DNA of 64,000 bases from assembly GCA_964570925.1 (NCBI GenBank), contig CAZNAF010000001.1:3322-67321 (forward strand). The letters are read 5' to 3'. How positions within the stretch are numbered: the first letter of the stretch is position 1; each line of letters starts with the position of its first letter. Both the position numbers and the translations under genes were made by a program. Source of the DNA: an uncultured Anaerolinea sp. GTDB taxonomy: Bacteria > Chloroflexota > Anaerolineae > Anaerolineales > Anaerolineaceae. Positions 53,412 through 62,738 of this stretch are shown in pieces. The notes below the pieces were generated by a model, which was not told the DNA's origin, did not search any database, and was given only the letters and a program-made list of their open reading frames with translations.

Positions 53412-54227
53412 ATGAAATTGAAACGACCTGTTCTATTTCTGATCGCGGCTGGGTTTTTAGTTCTCGTGGGGATTGTGGTTTTGCTGTTCTTAAAACCTTA
53501 TAGACTGTCTCCGGCTGCCGCTTCAAATGACACCTGGACGACGCAGGTGGCACAGGGTGTGAACGGCACCATGCAAGCAGCAGCCTTGCCAACAAAAACA
53601 ACCCCGCCAACAGCCACCTCCTTTCCGCCGACCTCGACGCCTTTGCCGCCAACCGCGACACCCTTTGTGATTCCTGAAGAGCACTATATTCAGGGTTTTA
53701 AGGGGCATTCTCAATACTACAGTCTCGGTTGTGAAGCCAGCGCAGCCGTGGATCTGGCCGAGTATTTCGACATTCATTTTTACCAGTTTGATTTTCAGTT
53801 CGACCTTCCTGTTTCTGATAATCCCGATCTGGGGTTCGTGGGAGATGTTAATGGGCCGTGGGGACAGATCCCTCCCTATGCTTACGGCGTCCATGCCGGG
53901 CCGGTGGCTGACCTTTTAAATGAATATGGCTTGCCTGTAGAAGGCGGTAAGGGATACACACTCGACCAAATCAAACAGACGCTGGCCCAAAACAAACCGG
54001 TGATTGTTTGGGTGATCGGCAGGATGGAATACAGCCAACCCGTTGAATACACCGATAAAGAGGGGAATACGGTCGTCGTGGCACGCTACGAGCACGTGGT
54101 AATCCTGACCGGCTACAACGAAGACACAGTACGGTTTGTGAGCAACGGCTACTGGTATGATATTGAAAACGAGACCTTCTCCAATTCCTGGGGGGTGTTG
54201 GGGAACATGGCGGTTTTACCGAAATAA
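53412..54227 (+). CDS. Membrane-anchored C39-like cysteine peptidase domain protein (YvpB-like)
   Basis: N-terminal TM helix, Pro/Thr-rich linker, QYYSLGCEASAAVDLAEY (Cys) and YEHVVILTGY (His). Confidence 0.7.
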   Translation: MKLKRPVLFLIAAGFLVLVGIVVLLFLKPYRLSPAAASNDTWTTQVAQGVNGTMQAAALPTKTTPPTATSFPPTSTPLPPTATPFVIPEEHYIQGFKGHSQYYSLGCEASAAVDLAEYFDIHFYQFDFQFDLPVSDNPDLGFVGDVNGPWGQIPPYAYGVHAGPVADLLNEYGLPVEGGKGYTLDQIKQTLAQNKPVIVWVIGRMEYSQPVEYTDKEGNTVVVARYEHVVILTGYNEDTVRFVSNGYWYDIENETFSNSWGVLGNMAVLPK

Positions 54228-54236
54228 GGGAGAAGG

Positions 54237-55115
54237 ATGCAACCAACCATGAATTTCGAGGTGATCCAGATGGGGGTGCTGGCAGATACGTTGCTAAAAA
54301 CAGATCCTCAAGGCGCCTCCATGGGAGCGACCTCCAAGGGTATGTTCCTTAAAGCCGAAAAACGCATCCTCTTTCTCACCGATACAGCCTATAAAAGCCC
54401 CTTTAACATCCAAGTCGCCAACATGAAGGGCATTGAAACGCATATACAGCCAGGCGATCCCTGGCGATGTGAAAATGGGCAGATCAAGCTTAAAAACGGA
54501 CTTTGGTGGTTCAATATAACCGGGGCGTCGGTGTGGCAGCCAACCGATCCACCACCGATGGACCTTTCGCCAGTCCAGGGAAAAATCCGGTTGGAAGCGC
54601 TTTGTGAGATCATGATAAAAATAGACCCATCCAAAGGCTGGTTGTTCTTACGTCAACCGGACCTTGTCGGAATGGATGACGAAAAAGCAATGGTTACAGA
54701 GCGCGTCCAAGGTTTTTTGCGGGCTGTGGCAGTCGCAGACCAAGCTGCAGCGCTTGAAAACGCACGCTCCATCATGGGCAGGGGAGGGGGGTTAACTCCA
54801 TCCGGGGATGACTGGTTGAGCGGGTTCTTCCTCTTTTTCAATCGGGCAAAAAAAATAACCCCCTTTATAAGCGACCTGGGTCTTTCCTTGGTGAACCTCG
54901 CTTTTGAGCGCACGACTCTCATTTCAGCCAACCGTCTTGAAGCAGCGCTTAAAGGATGGGCAGAAGAGCTTTTCCTGGATTTCACAGACCATTTGGTCAA
55001 TCAGGAGTGTCAGTTCCCGGTTGAAAATGTCCCTCTCCTGGTGAATTTTGGACATTCCTCAGGTGTAGATACCTGCCTTGGGATCGAAGCGGCTCAAGCA
55101 TTAGTTTTCGAGTGA
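54237..55115 (+). CDS. DUF2877 domain-containing protein (AllH-like)
   Basis: GRGGGLTPSGDDWLSGF and FGHSSGVDTCLG match the remembered DUF2877 motifs. SD GGGAGAAGG. Confidence 0.65.
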   Translation: MQPTMNFEVIQMGVLADTLLKTDPQGASMGATSKGMFLKAEKRILFLTDTAYKSPFNIQVANMKGIETHIQPGDPWRCENGQIKLKNGLWWFNITGASVWQPTDPPPMDLSPVQGKIRLEALCEIMIKIDPSKGWLFLRQPDLVGMDDEKAMVTERVQGFLRAVAVADQAAALENARSIMGRGGGLTPSGDDWLSGFFLFFNRAKKITPFISDLGLSLVNLAFERTTLISANRLEAALKGWAEELFLDFTDHLVNQECQFPVENVPLLVNFGHSSGVDTCLGIEAAQALVFE

Positions 55116-55183
55116 TCTTGATTTTCAAGTACCTGATAAAATTAGGTGGCTTGTTGATTTTTATTTTCTCAAGGATTTGATAA

Positions 55184-57268
55184 ATGACATCCATCCGCGC
55201 GACATTTAATAAAACCTTTGCTGCCTTGATGAATTGGCTCTCAAATATGGATCTGGCGCGGTTTTCGTTGCTCTCTTTGATTTTAGTGATCATTAATTTT
55301 TTCCCGCTCATTACCAGGCTGGGATTTTACCTCGATGATTGGCCGCAAATTTATTCATGGAACGTCCACGGGATGGCAGGGATCAAGCAATACTGGATCG
55401 CGGACAGCCGTGCATTGGCGTGGTGGATCGAGGGAATACTTTTTCCGATTTTTGGCACGAAACCGATCTTGTGGCACGTCTGTCTTGCGCTTCTGAGATG
55501 GGTCACCGCGATACTGTTTTGGATAATCTTTACGAACATTTGGCCAAAACAGAAGAAATTGATCGTGTTTGCAGCACTTTTATTTTCGGTTTACCCCCTC
55601 TTTTCGCAGCAATCCAGCGGGTTGATGTTTACCGTCATTTGGGTTTGTTTCACCCTCTACCTGTTATCTTTGTACCTGATGGTTAAAGCCTGGCAGAATC
55701 GGAAGTGGTTCATTCCTTTGACGCTGCTTGGTATGATCTTTGATCTGGCCAATTTACTCACCTGCGAATACTTCCTGGGTCTGGAATTTTTGAGGCCTTT
55801 CATTTTTTACCTTTTGATCTCAAGAGAAGAACTTCCAATAAAAAAGAAGATCGGCCGATCTCTTCTCTTTTCGATCCCTTGGCTCGTGATGGCGCTGGCT
55901 TATCTGGTCTGGCGGGCGTTTTTGATCCAAACCCCCACGCTTCGTTCGCCTGTCATTTTCATCAACTTGCTCAACCAACCCCTGCAAACCTTGATCCAGT
56001 TATTGGAAAGTGTGATCAAAGATTTTATTCAGGTTGTTATATCGGTCTGGTATGGCACCCTCGAACCCACTTTATTCGATATTACACTGCCCTCTGACAT
56101 GTTCGCCTGGCTGCTGGCCGGAATGACATTTCTTTTATTCTTCCTGGTATTGGGCTGGACAGAGAAGAAGGATGCTACTCGCCCGGAGTCGCAGCCTGGA
56201 TGGGTTTGGCAGGCGCTGGCAATCGGGTTTCTCACCATCATACTAGGCGCCGCACCTTCCTGGGCGATCGGCCGCAGTATCACCGACGAGACCGGAATAT
56301 GGAATGACCGATTCGGTATTGCCTCCATGCCGGGAGCCAGCCTTTTTTTGGTCGCTCTGGTCACTGCCCTTGTCAAACCCACCCGCAAACGGGTGATCCT
56401 TGTACTAACCTTCATGATCGCCTTGGCGACGGCCAGCAATTTCCGCTTTGCCAATGAATACCGCTGGTCGGCAACTCATCAATCCAGATTTTTTAATCAA
56501 CTGGTCTGGCGGGCGCCTTCCATCACGTCGGATACGGCCATCATCTCGGGGAATGAATTGTTCACCAAGATGGGCGTTTATCCGACCGCATTCGCCATTA
56601 ACACACTTTATCCTGCTTCACGCCCCATACCACAGGTGGATTATTGGTTCTATGTGATCCCGCATTATTTTCCGACTAATTATTTCAACCTGGATGAAGG
56701 TTTCGAGATCGAACAAGAGAAATGGTACGTAAAATTCAACAGCCTGAGTACGAACAGTCTGGTGATCTATTGGAATCCAAATGAGCCTTCTTGCCTGTGG
56801 ATGCTGGACGAGAACGATCGCTATAATCCCTTCATCGCGGATTATATCAAGGAGACGCTAGGCGCCTCAAATCTGGCTCGCATCACACAGCAAGAATCGC
56901 CCGGATATCCGCCAGAAGATATTTTTGGTCCTGAGGCAGCCCACGGATGGTGTTACTATTTTGAAAAAGCTGATCTGGCCAAACAATATCAAAATTGGGA
57001 CGAAGTGATTGCCCTCTACGATGAAACGAATGCACTCGGGTTTAACACCAATTTTGGCCCCGAACTCACCCCATTTATCCATGCCTACGCTTTATCAGGT
57101 GATCTTGAAAAAGCCGTGGCACTGACGAATACTGCGAAGACCATGGCGGAAAAAATGAATCCTTACCTCTGTGATCAATGGCAGGCCATCTACGAACTCT
57201 CCGACCGTTCACCGCAGATGGAAGACACTTTTGAAACCTTAAAAACGGAATTATCCTGCGGAATATAA
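55184..57268 (+). CDS. Large polytopic membrane protein with soluble C-terminal domain, GT-C-like candidate
   Basis: 694 aa, at least 11 hydrophobic helices. First-loop acidic motif GFYLDDWPQIYSW. About 220-aa C-terminal soluble region with helical-repeat-like end. Confidence 0.65.
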   Translation: MTSIRATFNKTFAALMNWLSNMDLARFSLLSLILVIINFFPLITRLGFYLDDWPQIYSWNVHGMAGIKQYWIADSRALAWWIEGILFPIFGTKPILWHVCLALLRWVTAILFWIIFTNIWPKQKKLIVFAALLFSVYPLFSQQSSGLMFTVIWVCFTLYLLSLYLMVKAWQNRKWFIPLTLLGMIFDLANLLTCEYFLGLEFLRPFIFYLLISREELPIKKKIGRSLLFSIPWLVMALAYLVWRAFLIQTPTLRSPVIFINLLNQPLQTLIQLLESVIKDFIQVVISVWYGTLEPTLFDITLPSDMFAWLLAGMTFLLFFLVLGWTEKKDATRPESQPGWVWQALAIGFLTIILGAAPSWAIGRSITDETGIWNDRFGIASMPGASLFLVALVTALVKPTRKRVILVLTFMIALATASNFRFANEYRWSATHQSRFFNQLVWRAPSITSDTAIISGNELFTKMGVYPTAFAINTLYPASRPIPQVDYWFYVIPHYFPTNYFNLDEGFEIEQEKWYVKFNSLSTNSLVIYWNPNEPSCLWMLDENDRYNPFIADYIKETLGASNLARITQQESPGYPPEDIFGPEAAHGWCYYFEKADLAKQYQNWDEVIALYDETNALGFNTNFGPELTPFIHAYALSGDLEKAVALTNTAKTMAEKMNPYLCDQWQAIYELSDRSPQMEDTFETLKTELSCGI

Positions 57269-57275
57269 ACCTGAA

Positions 57276-57312
57276 TAAAAAAACGGTTCCTGAAAAAGGA
57301 ACCGTTTTTTTT
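57276..57312. terminator. Bidirectional rho-independent terminator between convergent genes
   Basis: A7-CGGTTCC-TGAAAAA-GGAACCG-T8. The hairpin is flanked by A-run and T-run. Confidence 0.8.
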
Positions 57313-57327
57313 GTGATAGATTTGAGA

Positions 57328-58056
57328 CTAAACGTTGATACCTTCGGGAACGGTGAAGTTCTCGTTGGCTTTGCGGATGGAATCGGGCACATTGAAGTCC
57401 AATTCAGCGCCGCCGGCCATCTGTTTCACGTAATCCTTGATCAATTGATCCCAGTAGGCTTTCGTTACGTAGTAAACGCGGGCGCCGCCCAACTCATGCT
57501 GAACGTCAGGCCACGGATAGGAAGGTTGCGCCATGCCGAGACCCCAGCGGCTCCAGCCGTTGTAAGATTCGTAAGTGGCCCACCATTCTGTGTTCTTGAT
57601 CATTTCGAAGGCGTAGTAAGCTTTGGCATAATACATGACCGCGCCAATTCGTCCGCCGCGATCCAGCGCCACGGTGTGCAGGCTGATGTTGACTTTTTCA
57701 TTCATCACACGGCCGTTGGCAAATCCTGCCCACACGCCGTCGACCAGACCGACCAGGGTATAGGGATCTTTAAGGCGTTTGCGGTACCAGCCAAGGATCT
57801 CGGAATAAACGCGCGCTCCGACGATATCATAAAAGTCGTGATCCACTTCCATGATGCGTTTCATATATTCCATCATCTTGGGAGCTTCATCGAGACGTGC
57901 TTCTCGAATGAAAAGGGTGCGGCCGTCTTTTAATTTTACAGTTGCGCCCGGAAAGGGGGGCAGCTTCATGGCGGGGCCTTGCAGCATGGCTTCAATGTCT
58001 CTAACGTCAATTTCAATTTTTTCCTGTGATGCTTTTTCTGGAAGATCGAATTTCAT
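57328..58056 (-). CDS. Hypothetical protein (possible acyl-CoA N-acyltransferase fold)
   Basis: 242-aa ORF, last gene of the decarboxylase-cyclase string. No firm motif. GNAT-like guess only from VKLKDGRTLFIREARLDEAPKMMEY-type opening. Confidence 0.55.
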   Translation of the reverse strand: MKFDLPEKASQEKIEIDVRDIEAMLQGPAMKLPPFPGATVKLKDGRTLFIREARLDEAPKMMEYMKRIMEVDHDFYDIVGARVYSEILGWYRKRLKDPYTLVGLVDGVWAGFANGRVMNEKVNISLHTVALDRGGRIGAVMYYAKAYYAFEMIKNTEWWATYESYNGWSRWGLGMAQPSYPWPDVQHELGGARVYYVTKAYWDQLIKDYVKQMAGGAELDFNVPDSIRKANENFTVPEGINV

Positions 58057-58090
58057 TTTGGCTCCTTCTTACGTATAAAAATCTTTTTAA

Positions 58091-58972
58091 CTATGCCATG
58101 TTGGCATTGGTCAACTTGTTCAGGCTCTCAACGTGTTTCATGTCGTAGACATCACCGAATTTGGTCTTGGGCATGCCTTCGGCTTTCTTCATCAGTTTTT
58201 CATATTCGCCATCTTCAACGAAGGCAACCGCGCGGCCGATGGAGGCTTCGCCATCCACGAAACGCCAGGGGAAGAACCCGACTTGCAGACGGCGGTTCAG
58301 AACCAGGTCGATCATGCCGCCGAAGCATTCCGCGTGAATGATCTGTTTCGGGAAAAGGTCGATGTGCATCAATTGATATTTCTCATCGGTGAAATACTCT
58401 TCAAGAGTCTTGCCGAATTTCTTTTTGAAGACGTATTCAGCCTGTTTGGCCTGGCGGGGCATCCAGGTACGGATGATGGTGTTCATGGGGTGGTCTGCGG
58501 AACCACAGTCCACGGCGATCCAGCGCAGTTTCATTTTCTTTGCCCAGTCGGCGAATTCCTGGTCGGGGCCCGGGTGTTTCACCATGTAGCGGATCTCGTC
58601 CGCGGTGGGCTGGTCCCAGCCGAAGTGGTGATAGCCGGTGTGAATGACCAGAATATCACCTTCCTTGACTTCCACGCGGTCGGTGATCATCTTGCTGGTG
58701 TAAACGTCATAGTCACCGCAAACGTCACTGAGGTCCACGATGGCAGCGTCGTGTACAAGGTAATCGAGGGGAAGCTGGGCCATATCACGGCCGGGGGTGT
58801 AAAAATGGATCTCACCGTCCAGGTGGGTGCCGAGGTGGTTGGAGTGGGTCAGGATCTGTCCGTTGGCGCCATTGGGAGCAAGTCTTTTGAAGTACTTTAC
58901 TTGTAAAGGTTCATAGGTCGGCCAGGCCGGGGTTCCGATACCAAGGGGGATGGTCAGGTCAAGAAGTTTCAT
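58091..58972 (-). CDS. Cyclase-family protein (kynurenine formamidase-like metal hydrolase fold)
   Basis: HSNHLGTHLDGEIHF fits the HxGTHxDxPxH-type motif of the putative cyclase family. Confidence 0.75.
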   Translation of the reverse strand: MKLLDLTIPLGIGTPAWPTYEPLQVKYFKRLAPNGANGQILTHSNHLGTHLDGEIHFYTPGRDMAQLPLDYLVHDAAIVDLSDVCGDYDVYTSKMITDRVEVKEGDILVIHTGYHHFGWDQPTADEIRYMVKHPGPDQEFADWAKKMKLRWIAVDCGSADHPMNTIIRTWMPRQAKQAEYVFKKKFGKTLEEYFTDEKYQLMHIDLFPKQIIHAECFGGMIDLVLNRRLQVGFFPWRFVDGEASIGRAVAFVEDGEYEKLMKKAEGMPKTKFGDVYDMKHVESLNKLTNANMA

Positions 58973-59025
58973 TTTTTTCTCCTTTTCTATTTTTATGATC
59001 GATACTTATTTTTATTGTAACGAAT

Positions 59026-60150
59026 CTAGAGAACACCTGCAATGACGGCTAAAACAACGCCACCAGCAATAACACTACCCAACTGACCGGCAGCGTTGGC
59101 GCCCATGGCGTGCATCAAAAGATGGTTGTCGCTATCGTATTCCTGGCCAAAGCGTTGAACGATACGCGCAGACATCGGAAACGCGCTGATGCCTGCTGCG
59201 CCGATCAATGGATTGAATTTCTTGCCAGAGAGCACGTACATCAATTTTCCTAATAAAACGCCGCCAAACGTGTCGAGGACGAAAGCGAGTAATCCCATTC
59301 CTAATATCAGCAGGGTGGTAGGTTTGATGAAGGCTACGCCTTCCATGGTTGAGCCGATAACCAGGCCCAAAAACAGGGTGGTTAAGTTGGCCAGCTCGTT
59401 CTGGGCTGCGTCGTTCAATCGATCCACCACACCACTCTCGCGGATCAGGTTGCCGAACATCAGGGAAGCGATCAAAGGTGAGGCCTTCGGTGCGATCAAC
59501 GAGACAACGACGGTTACGCAAATGGGGAAGAGCATCCTTACGGTTTTGGATACTTCCTTGACCGTATAGGGCATGCGAAGGGTCTTTTCTGCATGAGAGG
59601 TCATGATTCTCATAACAGGGGGTTGGATGATCGGCACCAGAGACATGTAGCTGTAAGCGCAAACCGTGATGGGTCCCAGCAGATGGGGTGCCAGCTTCGA
59701 AGAAACATAAATGGCGGTAGGTCCATCGATCGCGCCGATAATACCGATCGAAGCGGCTTCCTTAAGTGTAAAGCCAAGGGTTTGTGCCAGCAGCAGGGTG
59801 GCAAAGATGCCAAATTGTCCTGCAGCGCCCAGCAGGGCCATTTTCGGGTTCTCCAGCAGCGGGCCGAAATCCGTCATCGCGCCGATGGCGATGAACACAA
59901 AGAGCGGGAACAATTCGGTGGCGATTCCGGCTTCATAAAGGGTTTTCAGCCAGCCGCCTGCTTCTGTTGCACCGGTGAGAGGCAGATTTGCCAAAATGGC
60001 GCCAAAACCGATCGGAAGCAAAAGCGAGGGTTCATAATCCTTGGCGATGGCCAGATAGATCAATACCCCGCCGACCAGGATCATGACAATGTTTTGCCAC
60101 TGTAATAATTTAAAAGCGTCTAAAAGGATCAGCAGTTTTGATAGGTCCAT
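59026..60150 (-). CDS. Na+-translocating decarboxylase beta subunit (OadB/MmdB/GcdB family)
   Basis: LAIAKDYEPSLLLPIGFGAILANLP matches the OadB N-terminal signature. Polytopic. Start set at ATG 60150 (MDLSKLL) with GAGGTAG upstream (ORF track extends to 60219, overlapping the upstream gene). Confidence 0.85.
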   Translation of the reverse strand: MDLSKLLILLDAFKLLQWQNIVMILVGGVLIYLAIAKDYEPSLLLPIGFGAILANLPLTGATEAGGWLKTLYEAGIATELFPLFVFIAIGAMTDFGPLLENPKMALLGAAGQFGIFATLLLAQTLGFTLKEAASIGIIGAIDGPTAIYVSSKLAPHLLGPITVCAYSYMSLVPIIQPPVMRIMTSHAEKTLRMPYTVKEVSKTVRMLFPICVTVVVSLIAPKASPLIASLMFGNLIRESGVVDRLNDAAQNELANLTTLFLGLVIGSTMEGVAFIKPTTLLILGMGLLAFVLDTFGGVLLGKLMYVLSGKKFNPLIGAAGISAFPMSARIVQRFGQEYDSDNHLLMHAMGANAAGQLGSVIAGGVVLAVIAGVL

Positions 60151-60157
60151 ATCTACC

Positions 60158-60604
60158 TCAGGCGAATCGAATGATGACAGCGCCGTAAGGCACGCGTTGA
60201 CCCTCAGAAACCTCAACACTTGCTACTGTACCTTCGCGGTTTGAACGGATGATGTTCTTCATTTTCATGGCTTCAAGTGCGCAAACAGGTTGTTTTACTG
60301 TTAATTTGTCGCCGGCTTTCACGGCAATATCCAGAATAACACCGGGCATGGGGGCGGCAATTACGTCGTTCGACGCCGCTTCGACAACGGCCACAGGTGC
60401 TGCAGCCTGCACTTTTGGTGCGGCAACAACCACTGCGGGTTGAGATTTTTGTATGGCCGGTTGTGGCATGGGTGAGCCTGAATCTTCAATTTCTACGTCA
60501 TAGGCTTTGCCATTCACACTCAGATTCATCGTTGTTCCGGAAATATCATTGACCTCAACATCGTAAGATTTGTTGTTCAACTTGATTTGAAGTTTTTTAC
60601 TCAT
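60158..60604 (-). CDS. Biotin carboxyl carrier subunit of the decarboxylase
   Basis: Biotinyl-lysine motif CALEAMKMKN. Ala/Pro/Val-rich linker. Confidence 0.85.
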   Translation of the reverse strand: MSKKLQIKLNNKSYDVEVNDISGTTMNLSVNGKAYDVEIEDSGSPMPQPAIQKSQPAVVVAAPKVQAAAPVAVVEAASNDVIAAPMPGVILDIAVKAGDKLTVKQPVCALEAMKMKNIIRSNREGTVASVEVSEGQRVPYGAVIIRFA

Positions 60605-60628
60605 TATGCTTCACTCCTGAAGTACAGT

Positions 60629-60937
60629 TTAATTGCGAAAAGTTCGGTAAGGGCCTGGACCGGTCATCAGTGACGAACCGAGTTGATCTGAACGGCGTAA
60701 TCGCATATAAGCAGCAGCGGCCAGGGCGGCCACGATGACCTCATCTGAATCGGTTTTCTCTTCGGCCACTGCGGAAACTGGTGCCGCAGCGTTCGTTATG
60801 GCTTTTTCTTCCTTGGCGGGTTTTACCGGGAAAAGTTTTTGTAAAAGCACGATAACGCCGATGAAAATTCCCAATGCCGTAAAGGTAACCACCAAACCGA
60901 TTGCGCTGACAACCAGACCTGATTGAATCGTATCCAT
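60629..60937 (-). CDS. OadG-family small membrane subunit of the decarboxylase
   Basis: Single N-terminal TM helix (GLVVSAIGLVVTFTALGIFIGVIVLL), then Ala-rich tail. Position between alpha and biotin-carrier genes. Confidence 0.7.
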   Translation of the reverse strand: MDTIQSGLVVSAIGLVVTFTALGIFIGVIVLLQKLFPVKPAKEEKAITNAAAPVSAVAEEKTDSDEVIVAALAAAAYMRLRRSDQLGSSLMTGPGPYRTFRN

Positions 60938-60965
60938 AATTTTTTTCTCCTGTTACTCTTCAGGC

Positions 60966-62543
60966 CTAAAGCGGCATGCAGCCGTGTTTCTTGGTGGGTT
61001 GTTTCCCTTCCTTGTCTCTCAACATTTCAAGAGCGGCGATAAGGCGCGGACGTGTTTCGTGCGGGAAGATGACATCATCCACAAACCCCGCGCCTGCGGC
61101 AATGTAGGGGTTCGAGAATTTATCACGGAATTCCTTGACGAGTTCCTTGCGAGCTTCCGCTGCATTCTCTTTGGTAGCCAATTCCTTACGGTAAAGGATC
61201 GCCACGGCACCCTCCGCGCCCATGACGGCAATCTCTGCGCCGGGCCAGGCAAACACCATGTCAGAATGAATATGCTTGCTGTTCATCACAATATAAGCAC
61301 CGCCGTATCCTTTGCGGGTAACCACGGTTAATTTTGGAACAGAAGCTTCGGAAAAGGCATAAATGATCTTGGCTCCGTGGCGGATGATGCCACCGTGTTC
61401 CTGAGAAACGCCGGGAAGGAAGCCGGGTGAATCTGAAAAGGTGATCAGGGGAACGTTAAAAGCGTCACAAAACCGCACAAATCGGGCGATCTTGTCTGAT
61501 GCGTCAATATCGATCGCGCCGGCCATGTAAAGCGGCTGTTGTGCAACAATGCCAACGGATTGACCGTGCAGACGAGCAAAACCGATAAGGCAGTTTTGCG
61601 CGAAGTTTGCCATCACTTCCATGAAGGATCCCTTGTCGCAAACACGCGCGATGACATCTTTCATGTCGTAACTCTCGGAGGGGTTGGCTGGTACGATGGT
61701 ATCCAGTTCCTTGTCCATGCGCCAGGGATCGTCGTTGACCTCAGCCATAGGCGGAGTTTCCTTGTTGTTCCCTGGAATATAACTAAGTAATTGGCGGACA
61801 GCCTCAAAAGTGTCCTTTTCGGTTTCGGCAGCAAAATGAGCCACACCGCTGGTGCTGGCGTGAGCCATGGCTCCGCCCAGGGTTTCTGTATCCACTTCCT
61901 CGTGAGTGACGGTTTTAATCACTTCAGGACCGGTGATGAACATGTTGCTGATACCTTTGGTCATGAAGATGAAATCTGTTAATGCGGGTGAATAGACCGC
62001 TCCACCTGCACACGGTCCGAGAATGATCGAAATCTGAGGGACAACACCTGAAGCGAGCGTGTTGCGATAGAAAACCTCTCCGTAGGCATACAGGCTAAAA
62101 ATGCCTTCCTGGATCCTGGCGCCACCGCCATCGTTCAAGCCGATGACTGGCACACCCGCATCCATGGCTAGATCCATAATACGGCAGACTTTTTGTCCGG
62201 CAACCTCGCCAAAAGATCCGCCCATAATGGTAAAGTCTTGTGCATATACACAAACGCGGCGGCCGTTGATCTTGCCAAAACCAGCCACGATTCCATCACC
62301 AGGGACTTTCTCTTTATCGAGGCCGAAGTCAGTGTGTCGGCTGCTCATCAGGCCATTAATTTCCTGGAAACTTCCTTCATCCAGTAATGCATCTATGCGT
62401 TCTCGGGCAGTCATTTTGCCTTTTTTGTGCTGGGCTTCAATTCTGCTTTCTCCGCCGCCCATCTTCATCTGACTGCGTAAAGATTTTAGTTTTTCGGCGA
62501 ATGTTTCTTGCCCACCTTCAGATTCCGGTTTGTTTTGAGCCAT
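60966..62543 (-). CDS. Acyl-CoA carboxyltransferase (methylmalonyl-CoA decarboxylase alpha / propionyl-CoA carboxylase beta family)
   Basis: 525 aa, two crotonase-like halves. MGGSFGEV, GGARIQEG, GAYIVMNS-type family motifs. SD GGAGG upstream. Confidence 0.85.
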   Translation of the reverse strand: MAQNKPESEGGQETFAEKLKSLRSQMKMGGGESRIEAQHKKGKMTARERIDALLDEGSFQEINGLMSSRHTDFGLDKEKVPGDGIVAGFGKINGRRVCVYAQDFTIMGGSFGEVAGQKVCRIMDLAMDAGVPVIGLNDGGGARIQEGIFSLYAYGEVFYRNTLASGVVPQISIILGPCAGGAVYSPALTDFIFMTKGISNMFITGPEVIKTVTHEEVDTETLGGAMAHASTSGVAHFAAETEKDTFEAVRQLLSYIPGNNKETPPMAEVNDDPWRMDKELDTIVPANPSESYDMKDVIARVCDKGSFMEVMANFAQNCLIGFARLHGQSVGIVAQQPLYMAGAIDIDASDKIARFVRFCDAFNVPLITFSDSPGFLPGVSQEHGGIIRHGAKIIYAFSEASVPKLTVVTRKGYGGAYIVMNSKHIHSDMVFAWPGAEIAVMGAEGAVAILYRKELATKENAAEARKELVKEFRDKFSNPYIAAGAGFVDDVIFPHETRPRLIAALEMLRDKEGKQPTKKHGCMPL

Positions 62544-62705
62544 TACTACCTCCGTGGAATTTGATTACATAAAACGACTGATTATTAATGTACTTTTGAA
62601 TGTCTGACATTACAAGTGATACATATAGCATCCTCACCGGTTGATTGTCATATATATTATCGGGAGAAATAAATGATTTTCTGAAGATATGTTTTCTCTT
62701 AATAG

Positions 62706-62738
62706 TAAAAAAATGCCGGCTCGCACCGGCATTTTTAT
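62706..62738 (-). terminator. Rho-independent terminator after the molybdoenzyme gene
   Basis: ATGCCGG-CTCGCA-CCGGCAT hairpin flanked by an A-run and T-run. On the minus strand it is followed by T7. Confidence 0.75.

Noticed and set aside
58133-58906. 257-aa plus-strand ORF opposite the cyclase-family gene. Also 59593..60105 and 63045..63692 opposite the beta subunit and molybdoenzyme genes.
   Set aside because: The minus-strand frames carry the family motifs (HLGTHLDGEIHF, OadB signature, GQG/GVGE). The plus-strand frames are Val/His/Gly/Asp-rich shadows.
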